In this document: one piece after another, positions 19,781 through 29,393 of the stretch
Layout: every line of letters begins with the position of its first letter
Numbering within the stretch: the first letter of the stretch is position 1
DNA from: Minisyncoccia bacterium
Lineage (GTDB): Bacteria > Patescibacteriota > Minisyncoccia > Phycocordibacterales > UBA918
NCBI GenBank assembly: GCA_046293175.1
Contig: JBKBPM010000002.1
Location: forward strand, 19,176 to 83,175
Reading direction: 5' to 3'
Length of the DNA stretch: 64,000 bases
The notes under the pieces: model-generated
What the model saw: the letters and a program-made list of their open reading frames with translations, nothing else
Database searches by the model: none
Told to the model about the DNA's origin: nothing
Made by a program: the position numbers and the translations under genes

Positions 19781-20413
19781 ATGAAACGGCAGCATATCAT
19801 CACCATTTCAGGCAAACCAGGTAGTGGGAAATCCTCAACAGCTGATATTGTGGCGGAACTTCTTGGCTACACCCGTCACTCGTCAGGCGATATAGTACGC
19901 CAAATCCTCGCCGATAAGGGTATGTCGCTCGCTGAATACAACGAGCGCGCGAAAAGCGACCATGCGCTTGATGACGCCGTTGATGATCGCCTACGGGCAC
20001 TCCGGACCAAAAAAGATATTGTGGTTGACTCACGTCTTGGCTTCTACTGGATACCCGAGTCATTTAAGGTGTACCTCGACCTTGATATCGAAGTAGCGAC
20101 TGTCCGTATCTACAAAGATGCAGTGAGTAACGCGAACCGTAGCCAAGCGGGTGAAGGTGTCAGTTCGCTTACCGAAGTCACAAAACAAGTCAGACATCGC
20201 ATGGAAGAAGAACGAGCCCGCTTCCGCGAGCTTTACCATGTGGACCCGTACGACCTCGCCCACTTTGACCTTATCATCGATACCTCACGGCACTCACCAC
20301 AGACGGTGGCGCTCGTGGTCTTTGACACGTACCGCCGTTGGCTTGAAACTCAGGTCTGGAAGCAAGAACGGAGTGCTATTCCAGCGGGCTACTCGTTTAA
20401 GAATCAGTATTGA
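19781..20413 (+). CDS. Cytidylate kinase-like (archaeal-type) P-loop kinase, paralog 2
   Basis: ITISGKPGSGKSS, VDSRLG, FDLIIDTS. Confidence 0.85.
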   Translation: MKRQHIITISGKPGSGKSSTADIVAELLGYTRHSSGDIVRQILADKGMSLAEYNERAKSDHALDDAVDDRLRALRTKKDIVVDSRLGFYWIPESFKVYLDLDIEVATVRIYKDAVSNANRSQAGEGVSSLTEVTKQVRHRMEEERARFRELYHVDPYDLAHFDLIIDTSRHSPQTVALVVFDTYRRWLETQVWKQERSAIPAGYSFKNQY

Positions 20414-20513
20414 TTGGGAACACCATTTTTGGTTATGTAGTAACAACACACAGATGTGTGCACGGTAACTAGAGGATAGCGTCTACGCAGTGAGAAAACT
20501 AATAAATGAGGAA

Positions 20514-20636
20514 TTCGGTATGACTCGACTTTTGTTGCAGCCCTTCTCTGCATTGGCATCTTGACCAACGGTTCCGTCAAGCCGACCGACCTGTAAGTTA
20601 CAGAAACCCCAGCCGCGAATCCGTAGCCATACCGAA
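20514..20636 (-). ncRNA. Candidate rod-shaped ncRNA
   Basis: Nested helices with G-U pairs on the minus strand; TACCAT -10 directly upstream. Confidence 0.5.
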
Positions 20637-20790
20637 GCGGAATGGTACCGTAAAAGCCCGGTGTGCATGCACCAGGCCTTTCCTTTGTTTCATTTATTGG
20701 TTTGCTTCACTCTTGCCCACAATGATGGATAAACAAAAGACCCATGTTGGGTCTTTTGTGTTATCAACTTCTAAAATTGCTTAGATACGA

Positions 20791-22068
20791 TTAGTACTCA
20801 CGCAAGCTGACCTGGGCATCCAAGCGGCGGATGAGATCAAGCACCACATTAACCACAATCAGAATCGCTGTTCCACCAATGGCGAGCGCAGCAATACCGG
20901 TTGCTACCTGAAGGGCAATTGGGAGTACTGCTACAACCGCGAGGAAGAGCGCACCAACCAGCGTCAGACGTGTAATCAAGTTACCAAGATACTCGGCTGT
21001 GTGATCGCCTGGACGGATACCTGGAATAAATGAACCGTTCCGCTGCAAGTTCTTTGCAATCGCTTCTGGATCAAAGGTCACTGCCGTATAGAAGAAGGTA
21101 AAGAAGAATACGAACACGAAGTAGACAGCACCGTAGAGGACGTAATCGTTCATGAAGCCGGTTATTGCGGTATTCGCACTTGCTACCCATGAGAGATTAA
21201 ACGCACTGAGGATATTGAGGATCATCTGTGGGAAGAGGAGGATTGAGAGAGCGAAGATGATTGGAATCACACCAGCCTGGTTGAGGCGTAGTGGCAGGTA
21301 TGAGTTGCTCCCACGAGTGGTCAACATCATATTGCCGCGACTCTGCTTGGCGTTGGTGATTGGTACCACACGTTCTGCCTCAGTCATCACCACTACCGCA
21401 TAGATAATACCAATCGCGAGGAAAGTAAAACCAATGTAAAGTGGCAACTGCGCAGCGTTGAAGTTGAAAATCAACTGACTGATAGTAGTGGGAAGTCCAG
21501 CCATAATACCAGCGAAGATGATAATCGACACACCATTTCCTACCCCATATTCGGTCACAAGTTCACCAAGCCACATGAGCAAGACAGCACCAGCAACAAC
21601 GAGGATAACATTAAGAGCGAAGTCAAAGAAGGTCAAGTGACTGATGACACCCTGACTTTCAAGAAGGGTAAGAAATCCAAACGCCTGGAGGATCGCAAGT
21701 GGCAGAGACAGCATACGCGTATATTGCGTAAACTTGGCTCGACCAGCTTCACCTTCTTCGGTGTAGAGACTCTTCATTTTTGGTGACATCACCGTCATGA
21801 GCTGCAAAATGATGGACGCTGTAATAAACGGACCAACACCGAGCATCACAATCGAGAGATTTGACAGTCCACCGCCGGAGAAAATATTAAGGAGACCAAG
21901 GAACTGGTTGTTCGCAAAGAATTGCTGCAACACTGCCTGATCAACCCCAGGAATTGGTACTGCCGCCAAAAGACGGAAGATGACGAGTGCTCCAAGGACG
22001 AAGAGTACACGGTTACGAATAGTCTTGTCGGTAAAGACTACTTTCAATTTTCGGAAGAATGTTTGCAT
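20791..22068 (-). CDS. secY: Preprotein translocase SecY
   Basis: LGVGPFITASII, GVIPIIFA, IPGIRPG. Confidence 0.98.
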   Translation of the reverse strand: MQTFFRKLKVVFTDKTIRNRVLFVLGALVIFRLLAAVPIPGVDQAVLQQFFANNQFLGLLNIFSGGGLSNLSIVMLGVGPFITASIILQLMTVMSPKMKSLYTEEGEAGRAKFTQYTRMLSLPLAILQAFGFLTLLESQGVISHLTFFDFALNVILVVAGAVLLMWLGELVTEYGVGNGVSIIIFAGIMAGLPTTISQLIFNFNAAQLPLYIGFTFLAIGIIYAVVVMTEAERVVPITNAKQSRGNMMLTTRGSNSYLPLRLNQAGVIPIIFALSILLFPQMILNILSAFNLSWVASANTAITGFMNDYVLYGAVYFVFVFFFTFFYTAVTFDPEAIAKNLQRNGSFIPGIRPGDHTAEYLGNLITRLTLVGALFLAVVAVLPIALQVATGIAALAIGGTAILIVVNVVLDLIRRLDAQVSLREY

Positions 22069-22086
22069 ATAGCACTATTCTACCGA

Positions 22087-22536
22087 TTAAAGTACCTTTC
22101 CGCCAGCTTTTTCGATTTTTACCTTCGCGGTAGCTGACACCTCACAACCTTCGATAGTGAGAGCCTTTGTAAGTTCGCCGGTAGCGAGAATCTTTACAGT
22201 TGGAGCTTTCTTGCGGATAGTTTCAACAATACCAGCCGCAACAAGCGTCTTTGGTGTAACCGTGTCCCCCGCCTTAAAAGCGAGCTCAAGTGCACCAACA
22301 TTCACTGGCATTGGTCGAACACGTTCAGCATTTACAGTGGCTGCTCGGTTCACACCATGACCACGGAGCTTTGGCAACTTTTTGATGAGGTCACGCATTT
22401 CTGGACGCATACTGTTACCAGCGCGTGCAGTCTGCCCCTTTCCACCACGACCGGAGGTCTTACCACGCTTACCACCGCGACCAATTCGCTTCTGGGCTTT
22501 CTTTTGGGTAGCTGGCTTTAATTCATGAAGCTGCAT
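22087..22536 (-). CDS. rplO: 50S ribosomal protein L15
   Basis: RIGRG...GKTSGRG.KGQ. Confidence 0.97.
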   Translation of the reverse strand: MQLHELKPATQKKAQKRIGRGGKRGKTSGRGGKGQTARAGNSMRPEMRDLIKKLPKLRGHGVNRAATVNAERVRPMPVNVGALELAFKAGDTVTPKTLVAAGIVETIRKKAPTVKILATGELTKALTIEGCEVSATAKVKIEKAGGKVL

Positions 22537-22537
22537 G

Positions 22538-23173
22538 TTACTTTACGTTTTTTAGTAGCTTGAGCGCTTCGACTGCAGCGCGTGCATTGTTAAGTTTGTT
22601 CTTACTGCGTGAGAAAATCTTCGCGGTAACATCCTTCACTCCAGCCATTTCAAGGACAGTACGGACTGAAGAACCAGCCACGAGTCCTCGACCTGGAGCC
22701 GGCATAATCATTACTTCACTTGCGGCATACTTAGTATGTACATCATGTGGAATATGACTATCCTTATTCATTGGTACGACAATCATATGCTTCTTGGCAT
22801 CACGCACCGCCTTATCAATAGCGAGCTGGGTGTCCCCGGCCTTACCAATACCAACACCAACTTTACCCTTCTTGTCTCCGACGACCATCGCAACTGAGAA
22901 ACTGAAACGACGACCACCAGCCATCACGCGAGTAACGCGGCGAATACTGATAATCTTCTGATCAAACTCGGGACGAGTTCGTTCTGGACGAGCTGCCCCA
23001 CTACGACGTGTGCGGCGGGTGCCGCGATCTCCGCCTCGATCATTTCCACCACGGCGAGGACGGCGACCATCAGCTGGTACAGCGTCACTAGCGGGTGCAT
23101 CGGTCGCTGGCACATCTAGCGCCGCGATGTCTGGGGTGTTTTCCACCGCAGTTGTAGCTTCCTGCTCTGACAT
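22538..23173 (-). CDS. rpsE: 30S ribosomal protein S5
   Basis: RVTRVMAGGRRFSF. Confidence 0.97.
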   Translation of the reverse strand: MSEQEATTAVENTPDIAALDVPATDAPASDAVPADGRRPRRGGNDRGGDRGTRRTRRSGAARPERTRPEFDQKIISIRRVTRVMAGGRRFSFSVAMVVGDKKGKVGVGIGKAGDTQLAIDKAVRDAKKHMIVVPMNKDSHIPHDVHTKYAASEVMIMPAPGRGLVAGSSVRTVLEMAGVKDVTAKIFSRSKNKLNNARAAVEALKLLKNVK

Positions 23174-23200
23174 AATTAATTCATTAGTTGAGATAAATCC

Positions 23201-23548
23201 TTAGAAGGTAAGGCCATTGCCGCGAGCACTATCAGCAAGCGCAGCGATGAGTCCCTGGTACTTGAAGCCACCGCGGTCAAAAACCACTGTGGTTACTCCT
23301 TTGGCTACGGCAGCTTTAGCGATTGCGGCGCCGACTGCAATAGCTCCTTCGGTCATCGTACCTTTGGTCTGGCGTGAATCAGCTGAAGCCAAGGTAATAC
23401 CCTTTTGGTCATCGATAAGCTGGGCGTACACAAAGCGATTACTTTTGTAAATCGCGAGACGTGGACGTTCAGTCGTACCGGTAACTTTAGCGCGGATACG
23501 ATTATGCCTTACCGCACGCTTCGCATGTTTGTATTGAGTTTTTTCCAT
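23201..23548 (-). CDS. rplR: 50S ribosomal protein L18
   Basis: RPRL..KSN, VVFDRGG. Confidence 0.97.
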   Translation of the reverse strand: MEKTQYKHAKRAVRHNRIRAKVTGTTERPRLAIYKSNRFVYAQLIDDQKGITLASADSRQTKGTMTEGAIAVGAAIAKAAVAKGVTTVVFDRGGFKYQGLIAALADSARGNGLTF

Positions 23549-23558
23549 ACGTGTGGGC

Positions 23559-24089
23559 TTACACAGCCTTCTTACCTTGCTTGCGGATAATAAATTCACC
23601 TCGGTAGCGAATACCCTTACCCTTATACGGTTCTGGCTTTCGTACCTTACGCACGTTCGCAGCAAACTGACCAAGGAGGTCTTTGTCGTGACTTGTGAGT
23701 GTGATTGTACTCTTCTCTACCGTAGCAGTGATGCCAGTTGGAATAGCGAGGAGTACTGGGTGTGAGTAGCCCATACTCAGTGAAAGATCGGTGCCTTTTA
23801 CTTCCGCACGGTACCCTACTCCTTCAATATCAAGAATCTTGGTGAAACCAGTGGTTACACCAACAATCATGTTACGGAGGTGTGCAGCATACGTACCCCA
23901 CAACGCTTTTGCGAGCACCGTGGTACCTGGAACCAGCGTGATGGTGTTACCCTCAATGGTGATGGTGACATCATCTCGAACTGGTCGGATTAATGTTCCC
24001 TTTGGTCCCTTCACGGTCAGATGACCGTCTGCGAGTGTTACCTCGACGCCAGCTGGAATAACTACTGGCAATTTTCCTAAACGACTCAT
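23559..24089 (-). CDS. rplF: 50S ribosomal protein L6
   Basis: MSRLGK, PEPYKGKGI. Confidence 0.97.
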   Translation of the reverse strand: MSRLGKLPVVIPAGVEVTLADGHLTVKGPKGTLIRPVRDDVTITIEGNTITLVPGTTVLAKALWGTYAAHLRNMIVGVTTGFTKILDIEGVGYRAEVKGTDLSLSMGYSHPVLLAIPTGITATVEKSTITLTSHDKDLLGQFAANVRKVRKPEPYKGKGIRYRGEFIIRKQGKKAV

Positions 24090-24090
24090 A

Positions 24091-24483
24091 TTACCAAATG
24101 AGGAAAAGCTGCTCACCTCCGACATTCTTCGCCTTGGCCTCAACGTTGGTGAGGATACCAAGTGGAGTCGAGAGGATGAGATGCCCCTTTCCGAACTTAA
24201 CTTGATGGATAGATTCGACCTTTGTGTAGAGACGGCGACCTGGCTTACTAACGCGCTTAACGCCATTAATACGGTGTACCCCATCTTCATACTTGAGTGT
24301 TACTTCAAGTGTCTTCTGCGCAACTTTTCCTTTGGCTGTTGCTGCTTCAACGTATCCTGCCTCAACCAGCTTGTCTGCCACGGCATGACGGAGCTTTGAG
24401 TACGGCACCGAAACGGTCTTGTGACCAACTGCGCCCGCATTCTTGAGACGAATGATGAAATCGCCAATTGTATCGCCTACCAT
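24091..24483 (-). CDS. rpsH: 30S ribosomal protein S8
   Basis: [15 protein letters not shown]. Confidence 0.97.
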   Translation of the reverse strand: MVGDTIGDFIIRLKNAGAVGHKTVSVPYSKLRHAVADKLVEAGYVEAATAKGKVAQKTLEVTLKYEDGVHRINGVKRVSKPGRRLYTKVESIHQVKFGKGHLILSTPLGILTNVEAKAKNVGGEQLFLIW

Positions 24484-24662
24484 GATGATTTCTTTATACC
24501 TGGTATATGTCCTTCGTGAGCCAATTCACGGAAGCAGATACGACAAATGTCGAAATCTCGCATGTATCCGTGCTTGCGGCCACAGAGCTTGCAGCGTCGT
24601 ACGACGCGTGAAGCATACTTCGGAGTACGCTGTGAGCGTACTATGACTGATGTTCGAGCCAC
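24477..24662 (-). CDS. rpsN: 30S ribosomal protein S14 (Zn-binding type)
   Basis: RCKLCGR...ICRICFRE; GTG start. Confidence 0.96.
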   Translation of the reverse strand: MARTSVIVRSQRTPKYASRVVRRCKLCGRKHGYMRDFDICRICFRELAHEGHIPGIKKSSW

Positions 24663-25098
24663 TTTTTATTATGTTATCTGTACGAGGCCGTATCACCGAG
24701 AAAGTGGTGACGTACCTCCTAATAAATGTGCCAAAAAGGTCATAACGAGTACCGGGGACCGGTTCTCTACCCCTCCAACACACCACTTGGTCTAGAAATG
24801 CAGTGAGTTCATAGACTTCGCAGTTGGTCGCAATAGTATCAGAAAAATAAGAAATAGCAAGGTTTTTTGTCAAAAACAAAGCCCCCAGTTGGGGGCTTTG
24901 TTTTTGATCTTTTTTTGAGTATTACTCAACCTTCTGGAGTGGCACCCACCAGTTTCTAAGTAAAATCAGCGCACTAGGCGTTGATTTTACTTAGAACTGT
25001 CGGGCGAGGGCTCGCGGTTTTCTCTTTTGGTGAAAGAGAAAACATCGCTGCGCCTCTTGCCCGCTGCCGCAAACAAAGTAGTTTGCTTGCTAAAAAGC

Positions 25099-25638
25099 TT
25101 ATTCAGCTTTTTGCAGCGGCAAGCCAATATGTCGCAGAAATGCTTCGGCTTCAGCCTTGGTCTTCGCGGTGGTCACAATCGTGACGGCAAATGAGAAAGC
25201 ATCCTTGAGTTCATCGTCAGCACATTCTGGAAAGATAGTGCTGTCTTTGATACCAATGGTAATATTTCCCATCTCGTCAATCGCAGTAGTCTTCAGACCG
25301 CGGAAGTCGCGCGTCTGTGGGATAGCAATGTGGATGAGCTTGTCGATGAAGTGAATCATGCGATCGCCACGGATAGTTACCTGGTGACCAATGATTTCGC
25401 CTGCACGAAGCTTAAATGAGGCAATTGATTGCTTCGCTGGACGAGCTGATGGCTTTTGTCCAGTGATGAGTGAAAGACGATCCACAATCAAGGCTTCGCG
25501 GTGTTTGTCTTGCACACGGCCAGTTCCCACTGACACCACCACCTTTTCGATTTTTGGTGTCTGCATCACATTCGTGTATCCGAAGGTACCTTTCAGGGCT
25601 TCGTAGGTTGAAGCAAGCTTTTGTTTGGTAGTTTCCAT
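25099..25638 (-). CDS. rplE: 50S ribosomal protein L5
   Basis: ITGQKP, RDFRG. Confidence 0.97.
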   Translation of the reverse strand: METTKQKLASTYEALKGTFGYTNVMQTPKIEKVVVSVGTGRVQDKHREALIVDRLSLITGQKPSARPAKQSIASFKLRAGEIIGHQVTIRGDRMIHFIDKLIHIAIPQTRDFRGLKTTAIDEMGNITIGIKDSTIFPECADDELKDAFSFAVTIVTTAKTKAEAEAFLRHIGLPLQKAE

Positions 25639-25643
25639 ATGCA

Positions 25644-25955
25644 TTAGATTTTCTTACCGCTTGGACGAGCAACACGAACTTTCTTCTTCTTGTCACCTTC
25701 GCCTTCGAAGATGTAGCCAACACGCACCGTCTTGTTACCCTCCATGAGTGCAACATTTGACGCGTCAATGGGCATACTCTTCTCGATAATCTGTCCCTGT
25801 GAACGAGCTGTCTTGCTCTTTTGGTGCTTGGTAGCGACGTTCACCCCTTCGATAACCACCTGATTCATGTCCTTTATGGTCATGAGGATGGTACCGGTCT
25901 TGCCTTTATCTTTTCCGGCAATCACCTTTACGGTGTCTCCTTTCTTGAGTTTCAT
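25644..25955 (-). CDS. rplX: 50S ribosomal protein L24
   Basis: KKGDTVKVIAGKDKGK. Confidence 0.97.
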   Translation of the reverse strand: MKLKKGDTVKVIAGKDKGKTGTILMTIKDMNQVVIEGVNVATKHQKSKTARSQGQIIEKSMPIDASNVALMEGNKTVRVGYIFEGEGDKKKKVRVARPSGKKI

Positions 25956-25975
25956 ATGATGAAATAGTTAGGCGA

Positions 25976-26347
25976 CTACACGACCTCCGGGGCCAATGAG
26001 ACGATTTTCTGATAACCAGCTTCGGCTAATTCGCGAGGGATTGGACCAAAAACGCGATTCGCTTTTGGTTCTTTCTTCACCTTGTCGACAAGCACGACGG
26101 CGTTGTCGTCAAAGCTCACGTATGAGCCATCCTTGCGGCGGTAGGGCTTGACCTGGCGCACCACTACTCCGTACACAACATCCTTCTTCTTTACCGCTTT
26201 GCGAGGTTCAGCCGTCTGTACTGACAGTACGACCATTTCACCGAGCTCAGCGTAACGCTTCTTTGAGCCACCAAGAATCTTGAACACACGTCCGACCTTG
26301 GCACCCGAGTTGTCCGTAATCCGAACAATTGTCTGTGGCTGAATCAT
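25976..26347 (-). CDS. rplN: 50S ribosomal protein L14
   Basis: DNSGAK, FDDNA, FGPI.REL. Confidence 0.98.
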   Translation of the reverse strand: MIQPQTIVRITDNSGAKVGRVFKILGGSKKRYAELGEMVVLSVQTAEPRKAVKKKDVVYGVVVRQVKPYRRKDGSYVSFDDNAVVLVDKVKKEPKANRVFGPIPRELAEAGYQKIVSLAPEVV

Positions 26348-26357
26348 AGTGAATTCA

Positions 26358-26609
26358 TTACTTGGTTAAAAGAGTGAAGTGCTTGCGCTTTGACATTGGT
26401 CGAGTTTCGCGGATTTCTACAATCGCGCCTTCTTTCGCCGTATTGCCAGCATCGTGTACCAAGAACTTCTTAGTACGACGCATGAACTTCTTGTACTTTG
26501 GATGCATCACGTACCGCTCGACAGCGACCGTAATAGTATCCTTCATCTTCGTAGAAACGACAGTCCCTTTGAGGACACGACCGTTCTGTGTAGTTGAATT
26601 TGTTGTCAT
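26358..26609 (-). CDS. rpsQ: 30S ribosomal protein S17
   Basis: HPKYKK, ETRPMSKRK. Confidence 0.97.
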   Translation of the reverse strand: MTTNSTTQNGRVLKGTVVSTKMKDTITVAVERYVMHPKYKKFMRRTKKFLVHDAGNTAKEGAIVEIRETRPMSKRKHFTLLTK

Positions 26610-26615
26610 ATCCTA

Positions 26616-26813
26616 TTACTTGGTGTCGGCCTGACGTGCACGAGTGTTGAGTTCGGTGAGGGTACGTGCAATCGTGAGCTTTGCCTTTCTAATAACTGAT
26701 GCCTTGCGGGTAAAACGGTCTTTGAAGCGTTCACTCTGGATTTCACCGCGCGAGGTGGTCACGAGCTCTTCAAGCTCTGAGTCACTCTTCTTTGCAATAT
26801 CTTCGTATTTCAT
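26616..26813 (-). CDS. rpmC: 50S ribosomal protein L29
   Basis: Synteny; IART.TE. Confidence 0.88.
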   Translation of the reverse strand: MKYEDIAKKSDSELEELVTTSRGEIQSERFKDRFTRKASVIRKAKLTIARTLTELNTRARQADTK

Positions 26814-26825
26814 ATGCAATGCTGG

Positions 26826-27266
26826 TTACTTAGCGATAGTGTCTGCTTTTGAGACTACCTTGGCTTTTAATGGGAGCTTGTTGACTGACTTGCGAAGTGC
26901 CTTGCGAGCAAGTTCTTCACTCGTTGCGCCCTTCACTTCGAAGATGATGCGACCTGGTTCTACCTCAAAGACGTAGTGGTCAAGATCGCCCTTACCCTTA
27001 CCCATTGGTACTTCAGCGGCCTTCTTCGTAACTGGACGGTCTGGAAAAATACGGATGTATACCTGACCAGTCTTACCAAGCGTACGAGAAATTACTCGAC
27101 GAGCGGCTTCAATTTGGTTTGAACGAACACGAGATGCAGTAGTGGCTTGAAGACCAAATTCACCAAAGGCGATAGTGGTCCCACGGGTAGCTGGACGATT
27201 GCGCTTCTCTTCACTCTTGCGGCCAGTTTGCCACTTGCGGTGTGCTACTTTTTTTGGAAACAACAT
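26826..27266 (-). CDS. rplP: 50S ribosomal protein L16
   Basis: QIEAAR, MGKGKG. Confidence 0.97.
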   Translation of the reverse strand: MLFPKKVAHRKWQTGRKSEEKRNRPATRGTTIAFGEFGLQATTASRVRSNQIEAARRVISRTLGKTGQVYIRIFPDRPVTKKAAEVPMGKGKGDLDHYVFEVEPGRIIFEVKGATSEELARKALRKSVNKLPLKAKVVSKADTIAK

Positions 27267-27272
27267 ACCTAT

Positions 27273-28007
27273 TTAGCGGTTACGTGGCGCTCGGGGAGCG
27301 CTTTCTCTGGCCTCGCCGCGAGCTGGAGTTGCCTCCTGGCCTGCCTTGCGATCACCAAAGATATCACCCTTATAAATCCAGACCTTAATACCAATAGCAC
27401 CGTATGGCAAGCGCGCAGTAACGCGAGCGAAGTCAATATCGGCACGGAGTGTCTGGAGCGGAATTCGACCCTTCTTCAATTCTTCAATACGAGCCATATC
27501 AGCACCACCGAGGCGACCTGACAGCTTGATACGAACTCCCTGTACATCACGACTAGCCATCACTTTTTCGATGGTCTGCTTCATGACGCGACGGAAGGTC
27601 ATACGCTTTTCAAGACCTTCAGCAATCATCTGACCGACAATGTTCGCACTACTTTCTGGTGTACGAATTTCTTCAATGTCAAGCTTGATTTCTGGCTTAC
27701 TGATAAGCCCAGCCTTACGGAAGAGCATATCAATCTCTTGCTTGAGCTTGACGGCGCCTTCCCCACTGCGTCCAATCACAAGACCTGGACGAGCAGTGTT
27801 GATAATGATACGAACCATCTTCTGGTTGCGTTCAATTTCAACCGTATCAACGGACATACCCTTAAGACGCTTTTCGAGGAACTTACGAATCGCGGCGTCG
27901 ACGCGAATGTACTCACGGTACTGCTTTGGATCGGTAGTGAACCAACGACTCTTCCAGTCGCGGATGATACCGACACGCTGTACGTATGGATGTGCTACGT
28001 GTGTCAT
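27273..28007 (-). CDS. rpsC: 30S ribosomal protein S3
   Basis: RPGLVIG, PLQTLRADID. Confidence 0.98.
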   Translation of the reverse strand: MTHVAHPYVQRVGIIRDWKSRWFTTDPKQYREYIRVDAAIRKFLEKRLKGMSVDTVEIERNQKMVRIIINTARPGLVIGRSGEGAVKLKQEIDMLFRKAGLISKPEIKLDIEEIRTPESSANIVGQMIAEGLEKRMTFRRVMKQTIEKVMASRDVQGVRIKLSGRLGGADMARIEELKKGRIPLQTLRADIDFARVTARLPYGAIGIKVWIYKGDIFGDRKAGQEATPARGEARESAPRAPRNR

Positions 28008-28010
28008 AGA

Positions 28011-28334
28011 TTATTTGGTACCGAGCTCAATAGTAATGTGACTGGCTCGCTTGTTGATGCGAGAAGCCGAACCACGAGCACGTGGCATAAAACGCTTTAG
28101 AGTTGGTGCCTTATCAACAGACACAAACTTCACAATAAGATGATCAGGATTCTGTCCCGCCTGCTTGGCGTTTGCGACAGCTGAAGCGAGGAGCTTACCG
28201 AACTGTACGGCGGCACGCTTTTCAACGAATTGGAGTGCGTGTTGCGCTTTTCCAACCTTTTGACCGCGAATCACATCAGCCACGAGGCGAACCTTGCGGG
28301 GTGATTGGCGATAGTTTTTGAGAGTTGCTTTCAT
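28011..28334 (-). CDS. rplV: 50S ribosomal protein L22
   Basis: SPRKVRLV, PRARG. Confidence 0.97.
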   Translation of the reverse strand: MKATLKNYRQSPRKVRLVADVIRGQKVGKAQHALQFVEKRAAVQFGKLLASAVANAKQAGQNPDHLIVKFVSVDKAPTLKRFMPRARGSASRINKRASHITIELGTK

Positions 28335-28339
28335 ACAGT

Positions 28340-28687
28340 TTATTTCTTCTTAGTAGCAGGTCCTGCTGATTTAGCGGCCTTGGCTGCTGCGATTTCGGCT
28401 TCCTTCTTCTTCTGTTCAAGTTCCTTCTGCATCTTACCTCCGTGACGATGGAACTTCTTCGTTGGTGAGAATTCACCAAGACGATGACCCACCATTTCTT
28501 CTGCAACAGTAACCGCAATGTGATCTTTCCCGTTGTGAACGCCGAAGGTGAAGCCAACCATTTCTGGCGAGATCATTGATGCTCGCGCCCAGGTCTTGAT
28601 TACACCACTCTCTCCGGGTTTCTTTCCGGCGATCTTTTTGAGGAGCTTTTCGTCTATGTATGGTCCTTTATATAATGATCTCGACAT
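28340..28687 (-). CDS. rpsS: 30S ribosomal protein S19
   Basis: [18 protein letters not shown]. Confidence 0.97.
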   Translation of the reverse strand: MSRSLYKGPYIDEKLLKKIAGKKPGESGVIKTWARASMISPEMVGFTFGVHNGKDHIAVTVAEEMVGHRLGEFSPTKKFHRHGGKMQKELEQKKKEAEIAAAKAAKSAGPATKKK

Positions 28688-28697
28688 ATTGAGATTC

Positions 28698-28813
28698 AAA
28701 CTCTGTTGCGGCGAATTTCTTTGTCGCTACAGTTTCGTGCGTCGTCACGGTACAAAAGTACCGCTCCTCGCCCTCAACTTAGGCTCCTCGAACTTCATCC
28801 ACACCAGACGTTT
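28698..28813 (-). repeat. ERIC-like palindromic element in the rpsS leader
   Basis: Minus strand CGAGG...GAGCGGTAC-TTTT-GTACCGTGAC...GACAAAG. Confidence 0.75.
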
Positions 28814-29144
28814 TCATAGTTAGAATTTGGTAATCCGCTTGCAGCTGTTTTCTCACGTACGAGAAAACCCGCGCAGTGGCGGTGCGATGAGAATCCCTCG
28901 TAAAGACAGGTAACGGCCGGCCTTAACAGGGATTCCCAACATCTTTCATCCCTTTGTTTTGACACTTCCTTGGTAACAGAACGTGCTGTTACCCGAGGTT
29001 GGAACGTGGCCAATACTACGTGAAATAAGGAAAAAAGTCAATCAAATGCTCTCCACCGAGTGCATCCGCATGTTGCTTGACATTAATAATTTATTAAATT
29101 ATTATTAAACTACTTCATTATTAATAATTTAAAACATATTTAGT

Positions 29145-29393
29145 ATGTATCAAACTAAAATAACCAGTCAAGGCACCATTTCTATCCCTGCCCCACTGCG
29201 CAAAAAATATGGTCTTATCCCAGGTGACACCGTAACTCTCGAGGACAACGGTAAAATCACCATTCAGAAAAGTCCCGACTTTGCCTCGGTGCGGGCTCAA
29301 AATGCTAAATACCTGGTTGGTAAAAAACCCTTTATTGCTAAAGGAGGTGATGGTTTTACCATGCATGTGTTAGAAAAATATGGCCAAAAATAA
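29145..29393 (+). CDS. AbrB/MazE-type antitoxin (VapB-like)
   Basis: TKITSQGTISIPA.LRKKYGL..GD. Confidence 0.9.
   Translation: MYQTKITSQGTISIPAPLRKKYGLIPGDTVTLEDNGKITIQKSPDFASVRAQNAKYLVGKKPFIAKGGDGFTMHVLEKYGQK

Noticed and set aside
20514-20636. Firm SRP (4.5S) or 6S RNA call
   Set aside because: Lacks the CAGG/GNRA/AGCA SRP core and is short for 6S; kept only as an unassigned ncRNA candidate.
22536-22538. Missing rpmD (L30) as a novelty
   Set aside because: Known CPR-wide trait; used only as a taxonomic cue.
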